The translations under genes were made by a program, and so were the position numbers. Positions 1 through 8,977 of a stretch of DNA of 64,000 nucleotides are shown in pieces. The number at the start of each line of letters is the position of its first letter. Position 1 is the stretch's first letter. The notes below the pieces were generated by a model that was given only the letters and a program-made list of their open reading frames with translations, did not search any database and was not told the origin of the DNA. The DNA is from Candidatus Latescibacterota bacterium (GTDB lineage Bacteria > Latescibacterota > UBA2968 > UBA8231), in contig OZ241889.1 in the NCBI GenBank assembly GCA_965203355.1, positions 2,496,001 to 2,560,000 on the forward strand, written 5' to 3'.

Positions 1-891
1 GCGGACGCTCGCATTGGGTTCGACGATTTCTTCGTGTTGGCGGACCGCTTCGGCTTGACGGCGGGCGACGCCGGGTTTGATCCGGCGTTTGACCTGGCGC
101 CGAATGGGACGATTGACTTCGACGACTTCTTCGTGTTGGCCGACCATTTCGGTCGCAGCGTGGCCGCGGCGGGCAAGCCGGTGCCGTTGCGGACCGGGCT
201 GAATGCGGATGCGCGGCTGTATCTGGACGCGCCAGCGGCCCTGCCGAGCGTAGGAGAAGAGTTCGTCGTTAATGTGCGGTTAGCCGATTTCGTGGCAGTC
301 AAGGGCTACGGCTTGCAGGTGGCGTATGACGCCGACCAGCTGACTTTCGTCGAGGCGCGGACCGATCAGCCGCTGGGCGGCAGCGCATTCGCTACGCCGC
401 AGGTGCTGGCCGACCAAGCGGGCGTGGTGACGGTAGCCGCGCACGGCGATGTCGTTTCGGACGGCGAGTTGATGTTGCGCTTAGTCTTCCGGCCGACGAC
501 CGAGATCGAGCACACGACGCTCGAAATCACCGACAGCCAGACGTATGACCGGGCGTTGGGCTTCAACCGGCTGGCATTGCCCGCGCCGATTTCGGTGCAG
601 ACGCGGCCGGCCGTGTTCTCATTGGCAGCCAACTATCCGAACCCGTTCAACCCGCAGACGACGATTCAGTATGCGTTGCCGCAGGCGGCGGACGTGGCAC
701 TGACCGTATATAACGTGTTGGGTCAGCCGATTCGGACGCTGGTTGCCGAGCATCAGGCGGCGGGTCGCTACGCGGTGGAATGGGACGCGACCAACGACCG
801 TGGCCAGAGCGTGTCGTCGGGGATGTACTTCTACCGCTTGCAAGCGGGCGGCGATTTCCTTGACATCAAGAAGATGCTGCTGCTCAAGTAG
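1..891 (+). CDS. 3' part of an exported protein: dockerin/EF-hand-like repeats, cohesin-like domain, C-terminal FlgD-Ig/T9SS-A-like domain (5'-truncated by the window edge)
   Basis: Frame is open from base 1 (ADARIGFDDFFVLADRF). It has two FDDFFVLADxFG repeats, a cohesin-like VGEEFVVNV..GYGLQVAYD stretch, and C-terminal NYPNPFNP..WDATNDRG..VSSGMYFYRL..KKMLLLK. Confidence 0.8.
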   Translation, partial: ADARIGFDDFFVLADRFGLTAGDAGFDPAFDLAPNGTIDFDDFFVLADHFGRSVAAAGKPVPLRTGLNADARLYLDAPAALPSVGEEFVVNVRLADFVAVKGYGLQVAYDADQLTFVEARTDQPLGGSAFATPQVLADQAGVVTVAAHGDVVSDGELMLRLVFRPTTEIEHTTLEITDSQTYDRALGFNRLALPAPISVQTRPAVFSLAANYPNPFNPQTTIQYALPQAADVALTVYNVLGQPIRTLVAEHQAAGRYAVEWDATNDRGQSVSSGMYFYRLQAGGDFLDIKKMLLLK

Positions 892-917
892 CACACGCGG
901 CACCGCGCGAGTTACGG

Positions 918-955
918 AAATGGGACCCTGATGTTCTGGGGTCCCATTTTCTTTA
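918..955 (+). terminator. Intrinsic terminator
   Basis: Perfect 11-bp stem AAATGGGACCC (918-928) / GGGTCCCATTT (939-949), followed by a T-rich tract, just after the stop at 891. Confidence 0.8.
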
Positions 956-1161
956 TGAATTTCTATTGTCCATGTCGGGAACTGCACTGCCAAAGCGGGA
1001 TTAGACCAAATCATTCGGTCGTGATGCGTTTTCGGTCGGGCTTGGGGTGCCGGGGTTCAGGCGGAGCGAGAGCGACCCGTTCAACGGAAGTAAAGCTAAA
1101 TTTCAAAACGTACCACTATCGAATCGGCGGAACAGCTACCGAGGATGCGGGCGGGGATCTT

Positions 1162-2406
1162 CTACAACTTACCGATCAGGACGATCCGATTGGTGTTGGT
1201 GCCTTTTGTGCGGTTTTCTACGCCCCAGCAGTTTGCGGTCTTGGTGAATGTCTGATCGTTGACCAACACCATCAGGGGCTTGAGGCCAGCCTCCATGGCC
1301 GCGGGTACGACGAGGGTTTCGAGGAGGATTGTGCCATGGCGGACCTCGCCCACCTCAAAGGCGACAAAGCCCCCGCTGGCGAGAACCCGGTGCAACTCTC
1401 GGAAAGTGCGGGTCATCGCGGCCTGCCAGTCGGCTGGTTTTTTTAATTGCCATATAGCAACCTCCTTGGCGTCAATACCGTTAAACCAGCAGCGCAGCCA
1501 GTTGTCTGCTTGATAGTTGACGATGTCCAAAAAGGGGGGCGAGGTAACGGCGAGTTGGATGGATTCACTGGCGATGGCGGCGGTATTGTCAGATGAGCCG
1601 GTTATAAGCAGGGGGCGGTTCGCCGTCAGCATTTCCAGATCGCGCGCTTGCAGCTTGCTCAGTAGCGATCGCGTCTTGCGGAGGATGATGGCCTTTATGT
1701 CGCGTTCAGGTGGCACTTGAGCGCGTTTTTGGTTGATGCGTTTTTGCGACTCGATGGACACCGCCTGATTCGGCGGCAGCGTATATACGGAGAAAAATCC
1801 CGGCGAGTGCCCGGTCAGGCGGTTGGTCGCCACCATCTGAATCCACGCATCGACGCGGTCTGGGCGGCGCGTGCGGAGGTGGGAGCGCAGATTGGCGATT
1901 TGGCGGAGCGTGTTGGGGTGATAAAAAACAAGGAGCTCGTCCCCAACCTCGCTCGTTTTGTCGAGGTCCAGCGCGGCCAAGCGCGTTTCTACCTCGTCAT
2001 AGGTGGGTGGATCCAGGCGAGGCCCGACTAGACGCTCGCTGAGCGGATTTATGTCGCAGCCGATGGGACCGCGGCCCAACAGCGCTGCTTCGAGGACCGT
2101 GGTGCCGCGGCCCATGAAAGGGTCGTACACCGCGTCGCCGGGTTGCGTCAAGCGGCTGATGAAAAACCTCGGCAATTGCGGCTTGAAACAGGCGCGATAG
2201 GAGACCTCGTGGAGCGAGTGCGCGGCGCGTTGCTTGGCGGTCCAGAACTCGTTGACGTACACCGGAATGGAAATGGCCGGATCGGGAAAGTCGAGGGTTT
2301 GCGTCTCTTTGCCAAACTCCGCAAAGGCTTGGATGTCGGCGGCGAATTCTTCGGCGTTTAGGGGGCGTGGTTGCGGCGGCGCGTGGGGGAATAGGGAGGT
2401 AGTCAC
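1162..2406 (-). CDS. Site-specific DNA amino-methyltransferase (probably N4-cytosine)
   Basis: SAM-binding motif I DPFMGRGTT precedes the catalytic motif IV TSPPF. Confidence 0.85.
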   Translation of the reverse strand: MTTSLFPHAPPQPRPLNAEEFAADIQAFAEFGKETQTLDFPDPAISIPVYVNEFWTAKQRAAHSLHEVSYRACFKPQLPRFFISRLTQPGDAVYDPFMGRGTTVLEAALLGRGPIGCDINPLSERLVGPRLDPPTYDEVETRLAALDLDKTSEVGDELLVFYHPNTLRQIANLRSHLRTRRPDRVDAWIQMVATNRLTGHSPGFFSVYTLPPNQAVSIESQKRINQKRAQVPPERDIKAIILRKTRSLLSKLQARDLEMLTANRPLLITGSSDNTAAIASESIQLAVTSPPFLDIVNYQADNWLRCWFNGIDAKEVAIWQLKKPADWQAAMTRTFRELHRVLASGGFVAFEVGEVRHGTILLETLVVPAAMEAGLKPLMVLVNDQTFTKTANCWGVENRTKGTNTNRIVLIGKL

Positions 2407-3140
2407 GATAGGCTCCTGAGTAAAGCAAGGGCCTGGCGGCGGTTTATCTTTGACGCTTTACCAAGCTGCCCTTGAAGCCACCAAGTTCGCACCGCGTCCG
2501 CCGGAATCTGCCAGTACGGCACGGCGGGAAAACGTGCGATGTCAGAGACAATATAGCCGGCGACCTCGTCTAACTTCCGTAGAAAGCCATGCTCTTCAAA
2601 GTGCCTTCCTGATCCAACCATATAGCTGGGACAAAAATAGATACCATGTTTAGACACGCTGCGGACTTCCCATTTGCGGCCTGTGGAATCCAGTACGTCA
2701 TATCCTGCTCCTTCGCTACGGGCTAGCGAGCCGTTGAGCACTTGACAAGCTATGCGTAGCTTGATTAGAAAAGATACTCGGCGCCCATTGGTGAAGTAAG
2801 CGTACACATCGTCTTGCGGAATTTGCAGTGCTTCCGATAACTGGCGAACATCCCACTCTAATAAACCATTCGGCACCGCCCTGTTCCCGTTTTCTTTCCG
2901 CAATGTATGATCTAACTGCGAAAGAAACTGCTTGAGATCTTCCTTGCTCAAGCTAAATGCCTTTACATCTGCAACGCCCAAACGACCCGTAATATCGCGG
3001 AGCACATAGTCCTCCGTTTCCTCGAATTCACCTTCCATCATCGCGTTTTCTGCCCATTCTACCAAGTCTTCAAGGGACAACTGGCACTGTAAGTATGTCC
3101 TTATTCTGTCTGCGAGTACTTCAGATGTGATGATTTCCAC
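2403..3140 (-). CDS. Two-domain protein: small helical N-terminal domain plus putative PD-(D/E)xK restriction-endonuclease-like domain
   Basis: Overlaps the MTase start by 4 nt and has visibly lower GC. GYDVLDSTGRKWEVRS resembles a D...ExK/R nuclease core. Confidence 0.5.
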   Translation of the reverse strand: MEIITSEVLADRIRTYLQCQLSLEDLVEWAENAMMEGEFEETEDYVLRDITGRLGVADVKAFSLSKEDLKQFLSQLDHTLRKENGNRAVPNGLLEWDVRQLSEALQIPQDDVYAYFTNGRRVSFLIKLRIACQVLNGSLARSEGAGYDVLDSTGRKWEVRSVSKHGIYFCPSYMVGSGRHFEEHGFLRKLDEVAGYIVSDIARFPAVPYWQIPADAVRTWWLQGQLGKASKINRRQALALLRSLS

Positions 3141-3258
3141 TGTTCACTCCTTTCCAACCCCAAGCAGTGCGGCCATAGAATGGCGTGGTGCCCCGAGCGG
3201 CGCGTTTGACAGAAAACGGCGGGCAACCTAGCGTTGCCCAATAAGGAGGAAATTCGAG

Positions 3259-4146
3259 ATGAACAAGGAAAAGATAGCACCCGAATTAGCCGTGAAAAAG
3301 GACGCGCTCGTCGGCGAAGGAGCCGTTTGGGACTCGGAGGACGAATTGTTGTACTGGGTCGATATCCTCAGCCACGAGGTCTATGTGTACGATCCGGCTA
3401 GCGGAATCAACCGCACCATCCCGACCTGCCAAGCCGTGGGTACGGTGGTCAAGCGGCAAAGCGGCGGCCTCGTCGTGGCCTTGCACAATGGCTTTGCCCA
3501 CATTGACTTGCGGACGGAACGCATGGTGCCGCTCGGCGCGGATCCCGAGCGTGCGATCCCGGCCAATCGCTTTAACGACGGCAAGTGCGATCCGGCTGGG
3601 CGGTTGTGGGCCGGGACCATGGATTTTGGCGGTGCGCGCGACCAAGGCGCGCTCTACTGCCTCGACGTCGATCACGCAGTCAGCCGGAAGGTCGCGCCGG
3701 TCACCATCTCCAACGGCATCGTCTGGAGCGCCGACCAGCAGACCCTGTACTTCATTGATTCTGGCTTGAACAACGTGCGCGCATACGACTACTGCCGCGA
3801 CAGTGGGAACATCAGCAACGAGCGCGTGGTGGTGGAGTACGAAGGGCCGGGCGTGTTAGACGGCATGGCCATTGACGAAGAAGACGCTTTGTGGATCGCC
3901 GTGTACGGAGGCTGGTGCGTCTTGTGCTGCGATCCTCGCTCTGGCGCGTTGCTGCGCCACTTGGAACTACCCATGGCCAATGTGACATCGTGCGCCTTTG
4001 GCGGCGCGGCCCTAGACCAGCTCTACATCACCTCGGCCAGCCGAGGTTTGGACGCCGAGGAGCGACAAGCTCAGCCTTTGGCCGGTTCGCTAGTGCGGGT
4101 TGATGCGGGCGTGTGCGGTGTGCCCGCGTATGCGTTTGCCGGCTAG
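3259..4146 (+). CDS. SMP-30/gluconolactonase/LRE family protein
   Basis: Motifs GEGAVWD, LYWVDI, NRFNDGKCDPAGRLWAGTM, SNGIVWS, DGMAID, TSCAFGG. RBS AAGGAGG upstream. Confidence 0.92.
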   Translation: MNKEKIAPELAVKKDALVGEGAVWDSEDELLYWVDILSHEVYVYDPASGINRTIPTCQAVGTVVKRQSGGLVVALHNGFAHIDLRTERMVPLGADPERAIPANRFNDGKCDPAGRLWAGTMDFGGARDQGALYCLDVDHAVSRKVAPVTISNGIVWSADQQTLYFIDSGLNNVRAYDYCRDSGNISNERVVVEYEGPGVLDGMAIDEEDALWIAVYGGWCVLCCDPRSGALLRHLELPMANVTSCAFGGAALDQLYITSASRGLDAEERQAQPLAGSLVRVDAGVCGVPAYAFAG

Positions 4147-4937
4147 AGAGCGATGGCGCGCAGCTCGTCCGACCAGTCGCGCCACATGTCCTTTTGCGGC
4201 GGTTCCTGTTGGGTTTGTTCGATGTCCTGCTTGAGAAAATCGCCGAGCACGGCTTGGCGCAGTTGGCGCGAGGTGTTCGGGCTAGCCATGTGCCCGAGGC
4301 GGTGGTGCCAGAAGACGATGTCGCCGGCTTGGCCGTGGGTATCGACGGGCGGGCGCTGGTTGAATGCAGTCCGCACCTTTTCGTAGGCCGCTTCGTCTTG
4401 GTCGCGGAGGTACTGCGAAGTGAAGGTCGGGTAGAAGGCGCGATGGCTTTCGGGCCAGACCATGAAACTGCCGCCGTTGGGTGGCACGTCATCGATGTAG
4501 CCGACTACGCCGAGATGGAAGGGGTGGCCGTCGGTATGGCAGCCTAGGGCCTGGGGCGGGTGGTCGCCGTAGGGCAGGGTGCAGTAGATGCCGCGAATGC
4601 GCTCGGGCCGGACGAGTTGGCCTTGGCCGAGCATTTGTTCGGCCATGCTCCAGATCTTGGAATCGGTGGCTAGCAGACGCACCATCCACTGCTCGCTGCC
4701 CGGCGCGCGAAAGTTCCAGCGAAAGCCGCGGCGGTAGTTGGTGCGGTCGAGGTTTTCTTCGTCCGTGCGGAACGGGCCGACCCAAGTGGCGGGGTTGTCG
4801 CGGCTGCGGCCCGGCGGGGCACCGTCCCACAGCCGGGCGCGGGCGCGATCCATGAGCGCGGGGTCGAGCACGCCGCGTTTGATAAGGTAGCCATTGCGCT
4901 TGAAGAAGCGCATTTCGTCGGTCGTCAGCATGTTCAC
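4143..4937 (-). CDS. Phytanoyl-CoA dioxygenase (PhyH) family Fe/2OG oxygenase
   Basis: FFKRNGYL, HxD motif (CHTDG), GGSFMVWPESH and GDIVFWHHRLGH. Confidence 0.85.
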   Translation of the reverse strand: MNMLTTDEMRFFKRNGYLIKRGVLDPALMDRARARLWDGAPPGRSRDNPATWVGPFRTDEENLDRTNYRRGFRWNFRAPGSEQWMVRLLATDSKIWSMAEQMLGQGQLVRPERIRGIYCTLPYGDHPPQALGCHTDGHPFHLGVVGYIDDVPPNGGSFMVWPESHRAFYPTFTSQYLRDQDEAAYEKVRTAFNQRPPVDTHGQAGDIVFWHHRLGHMASPNTSRQLRQAVLGDFLKQDIEQTQQEPPQKDMWRDWSDELRAIAL

Positions 4938-5078
4938 CTGTTAAAATTTGCCTGAGAAGGATAGGCAAAGAGCGTGCGCTTGGAAAGCGGCCGGCGATTT
5001 AGCTTTAGGGCTGTGGTGATCGTATCTTAGAGCGGCGGCGTTGGGGACCCATGCTCTAACACGAAGGACGGACGAGTT

Positions 5079-8000
5079 ATGAGCGACCTACCCTTTAAGG
5101 ACATAATCAGCAAGCATTACACGGTCTTTGATGGAATGGGCGGGATGTACGTGGAAGACCTCTACCAAGACCACCGAGGGTTTCTTTGGGTCGCCACAGC
5201 CGACGGGGGTGTCAGCCGGTTCGACAGTGTGAATTTTGATGCGTTTGGCCCCAAGGATGGGTTGCCCGATCTGACGGTCATGGCCATTGCCGAAGACGCT
5301 GATGAGCGGCTTTTGTTCGGCACGTTTGGCAGCGGGATTGCGGCGTACGACGGGCGCGGCTTTCAGGTGTACACCACCGAACACGGCTTGCCTTCCAACG
5401 AGATCGTGGGCCTGCAAGCCCAGCCGGATGATTCGGTGTTGGTGCTGACCGGCGCGGGGGTGGCGTGGTTTGAACGGGGCCGCTGCATACGGAGCATAAC
5501 CGAGGTGGGCGGCCAACCATTGGGGCGCGTGTACGATATGGCCACGGACGCGACCGGCACTACTTGGCTGGCGACTTGGACTCGCGGCGTCGTCAGCTTG
5601 GATGGGCGGCGCATGGACACCGGCGACAAAGCCCAATGGCCGTGGAAATTCGCGCAAGACGCCGCTGGCCATCTGTGGATTGCCTTTCACTATGCCGGGC
5701 GGGACGCCTTCATTGGCCGCTACGATGCGCGGAGCGAGCAGTTCGCCTTCGTGGAGGTGGGCGAGCGGGCCGAGCGGACTGTGCAGCAGGGGACGCGGCA
5801 TGTGCGGGCGGACGATAGGGGTTGGATATGGATGACGCGCCGGGGCGTCCTCTGCTACGACGGGCAGGTATGGCACCGTTTTTCCACGGCTTTACCAGAC
5901 CTTGACTTTTCCAGTACGCGCCTGGCATACGAGGATCGCGAGGGCAATATTTGGATCGGGCTTTGGGGGGGTGGGCTGATATTTTGCGACCCGGCCAGCC
6001 TCCGCTACTACACCGAAGCCGACGGCCTGCCCGACAACGAGGTTCGCCACTTAGGCGAAGATGCTAAGGGGCGGCTGTGGATCGGTACGATGGACGGTAT
6101 GGCCTGCATGGAAAACGGCCAAATCCGTCCGCTTGATCAGGCTGAAACCGTGTCGGCGCTGATGGTGGACAAAAAGGGGCGGGTCTGGAGCGGCGGAGAC
6201 GCCGGGCGGGTGTACCAATGGGAAGGCCAGACGCCGCACGCGATTGCGGTGGCCGAAAGGGCCCACGCCCAAGCAATCACTGGGCTGTGCGAAGGCGCGC
6301 AAGGGCGTATCTGGGTCGGCACGGCCCGGGGCGGCTTTGGCTGGATAGAGGGCCATCGCTTCACTCCGGTTGGCGCGTGGGACATGGATGAGTGCCATGC
6401 CTTGCTGCAAGACCAAAGCGGAACGTTCTGGATCGGTTGCCGCGCCAGGATACCGGCACTCTATTGGTACGAAAACGGTCAACGCCTCCCGGCGGCGATG
6501 GTCGAAGCGGAGACCATCGCATATGTCAATGTGCTGTGGGAACACCACAACATCGTGTGGGTGGGCACGGCCAAAGGGCTTTTCGCGTACGACGGCTCGT
6601 CCGGGCAGGTGCGCCACTTTACGGTCGATCAATCGGAGCTGTCGGCCAACGGCATCTTGGCGCTGGCAGCGGACCGGCAGGGTCAGGTGTGGATCGGGAC
6701 CAGTGGCGGAGGAGTGCTGCGCTACGATGGCGAGACCTTCCGAAACATCCGCTTAGGACCTTCGGTGCTCGGCAACATCGTCGAGGCCGTTTTGTGCGAC
6801 CGCGATGGTCGGTTGTGGTTTGGGACGCGGGGGGGATTAGTGGCCTACCAGCCGGGCGATGTGCCGCCGGGCTTGGTCATCCGCGAGGTCTTGGCCGGCA
6901 GGCGCATGGTCGCGCCCGAGGCGGTCTCCTGCCCAGAGGACACCCCGGAAATCCGCATTCACTTTCAAGGGATCAGCTTCCGCAGCGGCGCGGCCGAGAT
7001 GCGCTATCGCCATCGCTTGTTGGGCTACGGCCCGGCCGAATCGTGGAGTGCGTTCACCGCTGCCGATACCGCGATGTACCGCGCCTTGCCGGTGGGCGAC
7101 TACCGCTTTGAGGTGCAGACGATAGACCGCGATAATTTGCAGTCCGAGGTGGTTGGCTTGGACCTCCACATCCTCCCGGACCTCCAAACCGAACATCTCC
7201 GCGTCCTTGAAAGGACCCTGCGACCTTCGCCCTGGGTCGTGCCGAGCCGTAGTCCGGCCATGCAGGAGGTGATGCAAGAAGTCGCGCAGGTTGCCGAGAC
7301 CGATATGAATGTGCTGATATTGGGCGAGACCGGCACCGGCAAGGGCATACTGGCGCAGACTATTCACGAAACAAGCAACCGCTCCGGGCAGTCTTTTGTC
7401 CAAGTCAATTGCGGTGCGCTCCCTACCACGCTGATCGAAAGCGAACTGTTCGGCCACGAGAAAGGGTCTTTTACCGGCGCAAACACCCGCCAGCTCGGTC
7501 GCTTTGAACTGGCCAATGGCGGCGCGATCTTTCTCGACGAGATCGGCGATTTATCGCTGGAGTCTCAGCGGGTATTGCTGCACATCTTAGAGGAGAATAC
7601 GCTGACGCGCGTCGGTGGTCAGCAGCCGATCGCGGTGGATGTGCGGGTCATCGCGGCGACCAACCGCGACCTGCGGCAGGCCATTGCGGAGGGTGCATTC
7701 CGCGAAGACCTATTCTACCGCCTGAGCGTCTTCACGATTGAACTGCCGCCGCTGCGACAGCGACAAGAGGACCTATCGGCTTTGGTGACACATTTTGTGA
7801 ATCGGTCTGCCCTAGATCTCAAGCAGCCAGCGCCGCGGCTAGATGCCGAGGCGAGCGCGGCCTTGTATGCGCATGCTTGGCCGGGGAATGTGCGCGCGTT
7901 AGAGCACGTGCTCCAACGCGCTGTCTTGCTGTGCAAGGGCGGTGTGGTGCGGGTGGAGGATTTGGTGCTGTCGTCGGTTGCGCGGCCGGCGGCTGAAGGA

Positions 8001-8201
8001 CCAATCAGGGACGTGGACAAAGCAACGCCGCCGCCCGAAGGGGGGGACGAAAAGCAGCAGATCCTCGCGGCGCTGCAAGCGACCCACTGGCGGGTCTCTG
8101 GGGTGCATGGTGCGGCGGCGTTGTTGGGAATGCACCCGGAGAAACTGCGTTACCGGATGCAGAAATACGGGTTGCGCCGCCCGAAAAAGCCCGGCACCTA
8201 A
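5079..8201 (+). CDS. Sigma54-dependent enhancer-binding protein with N-terminal Reg_prop beta-propeller repeats, a Y_Y_Y domain and a C-terminal Fis-type HTH
   Basis: Repeated DGLP..V..I.ED..G.LWI.T blades and a [22 protein letters not shown] domain. AAA+ motifs: [49 protein letters not shown]-terminal [17 protein letters not shown]. Confidence 0.92.
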   Translation: MSDLPFKDIISKHYTVFDGMGGMYVEDLYQDHRGFLWVATADGGVSRFDSVNFDAFGPKDGLPDLTVMAIAEDADERLLFGTFGSGIAAYDGRGFQVYTTEHGLPSNEIVGLQAQPDDSVLVLTGAGVAWFERGRCIRSITEVGGQPLGRVYDMATDATGTTWLATWTRGVVSLDGRRMDTGDKAQWPWKFAQDAAGHLWIAFHYAGRDAFIGRYDARSEQFAFVEVGERAERTVQQGTRHVRADDRGWIWMTRRGVLCYDGQVWHRFSTALPDLDFSSTRLAYEDREGNIWIGLWGGGLIFCDPASLRYYTEADGLPDNEVRHLGEDAKGRLWIGTMDGMACMENGQIRPLDQAETVSALMVDKKGRVWSGGDAGRVYQWEGQTPHAIAVAERAHAQAITGLCEGAQGRIWVGTARGGFGWIEGHRFTPVGAWDMDECHALLQDQSGTFWIGCRARIPALYWYENGQRLPAAMVEAETIAYVNVLWEHHNIVWVGTAKGLFAYDGSSGQVRHFTVDQSELSANGILALAADRQGQVWIGTSGGGVLRYDGETFRNIRLGPSVLGNIVEAVLCDRDGRLWFGTRGGLVAYQPGDVPPGLVIREVLAGRRMVAPEAVSCPEDTPEIRIHFQGISFRSGAAEMRYRHRLLGYGPAESWSAFTAADTAMYRALPVGDYRFEVQTIDRDNLQSEVVGLDLHILPDLQTEHLRVLERTLRPSPWVVPSRSPAMQEVMQEVAQVAETDMNVLILGETGTGKGILAQTIHETSNRSGQSFVQVNCGALPTTLIESELFGHEKGSFTGANTRQLGRFELANGGAIFLDEIGDLSLESQRVLLHILEENTLTRVGGQQPIAVDVRVIAATNRDLRQAIAEGAFREDLFYRLSVFTIELPPLRQRQEDLSALVTHFVNRSALDLKQPAPRLDAEASAALYAHAWPGNVRALEHVLQRAVLLCKGGVVRVEDLVLSSVARPAAEGPIRDVDKATPPPEGGDEKQQILAALQATHWRVSGVHGAAALLGMHPEKLRYRMQKYGLRRPKKPGT

Positions 8202-8221
8202 CGGCCATCGCCGGTTGTGTT

Positions 8222-8280
8222 TTCCACGAAAAACTGTGTTTTTCCACGAAAAATCCGTGTAATTCCACGAAAAAATCGTG
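8222..8280 (+). promoter_or_regulatory. Three direct repeats TTCCACGAAAAA, putative enhancer (UAS)
   Basis: Copies at 8222, 8242 and 8263 (period 20-21 bp). Each contains a CAC(G)-N7/8-(C)GTG pseudo-palindrome. They lie about 120-180 bp upstream of a -24/-12 promoter. Confidence 0.7.
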
Positions 8281-8349
8281 TAGAGCCTTGCATCGCCGGT
8301 GCGTCGGTATCTTTTGCAAAGCTCTGTCCATAATTTTAAGTATCATGTT

Positions 8350-8362
8350 TTTCAAGGTGTTA
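8350..8362 (+). promoter_or_regulatory. IHF-like binding site
   Basis: TTTCAAGGTGTTA has one mismatch to WATCAANNNNTTR. It sits in an AT-rich tract between the UAS repeats and the promoter. Confidence 0.45.
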
Positions 8363-8401
8363 GGTCCATCCTGAAGAATTTTTTTGCATACGGCCTAATT
8401 G

Positions 8402-8418
8402 TTGGCACGGAATATGCT
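8402..8418 (+). promoter_or_regulatory. Sigma54 (-24/-12) promoter
   Basis: TTGGCACGGAATATGCT matches YTGGCACG-N4-TTGCW with one mismatch and correct GG-N10-GC spacing. It is directly downstream of a bEBP gene. Confidence 0.85.
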
Positions 8419-8557
8419 ACTATTCTCGTTGAAGGCGCGGCTGATGCGGCAGAAAGGAGGTGATAGGCACTCATATCGGTCGCTGCTCCACGCGGACTTC
8501 CAGTATTGAAGCGGCCGCCGGTCGCGGACGTATTGGACTTTTCAGGAGGTAAGAACC

Positions 8558-8836
8558 ATGCAGACCTTGCAGGAATTCTTCACGTCGTCGAGCGGTTTGG
8601 CTCCGGCTCGTCAGGGGTTGGGGCTGGGCTGGATCATCAGTGCGCTCACCGGGGTCGCCATACTGCTCGGGGCCAAGGAAGCCGATGCCGCCGAGTGCAG
8701 GTACCGCACTTATCTAGATTGCGGTTGGGACGGTTGGTGTGCTTCAAGGACGAAAGGGAAAGAGCCGATCCGGTGCTGCACATTTACAGAGTACGCTGAC
8801 TGTAGCTTTGATAGAAGTTGCTCCTGCGTAGCATGA
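8558..8836 (+). CDS. Exported cysteine-rich peptide (92 aa; about 48-aa mature part with 8 Cys)
   Basis: Strong RBS AGGAGGT 7 nt before the ATG. Hydrophobic segment WIISALTGVAILLG, then an A-D-A|A signal-peptidase-like site. First gene after the sigma54 promoter. Confidence 0.8.
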   Translation: MQTLQEFFTSSSGLAPARQGLGLGWIISALTGVAILLGAKEADAAECRYRTYLDCGWDGWCASRTKGKEPIRCCTFTEYADCSFDRSCSCVA

Positions 8837-8868
8837 CGGAGATCGCTTCGTAACTAACCCCCTTTCTC

Positions 8869-8952
8869 TACCCAATGGTGCTAGTGGGCTCCCCGTTGAA
8901 TTCAGCCATAGTCGCCGGGTCCTCTCGGTCAACTCATTGGTGCCATTGGGTA
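8869..8952 (+). other. Long RNA stem-loop after the peptide gene (stabiliser or partial terminator)
   Basis: UACCCAAUGGUGCUAGUG (8869-8886) pairs fully with CAUUGGUGCCAUUGGGUA (8935-8952) using four G-U pairs. There is an inner GUUGA/UCAAC stem, and TTTAT follows. Confidence 0.7.
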
Positions 8953-8977
8953 TTTATCGGAGGATAGAGGCCACATC

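Noticed and set aside
8222-8280. Short repeats as a mini-CRISPR
   Set aside because: The period is only 20-21 bp with no unique spacers and no cas genes; an enhancer fits better.
8506-8799. Alternative 97-aa ORF overlapping the peptide gene
   Set aside because: TTG start without a good RBS; the 8558 frame has a strong RBS, a signal peptide and a patterned core.
8558-8836. Assignment to a known RiPP class or amine dehydrogenase small subunit
   Set aside because: No modifying enzymes or mau/qhp genes are in the window, and the motifs do not match ones I recognise.
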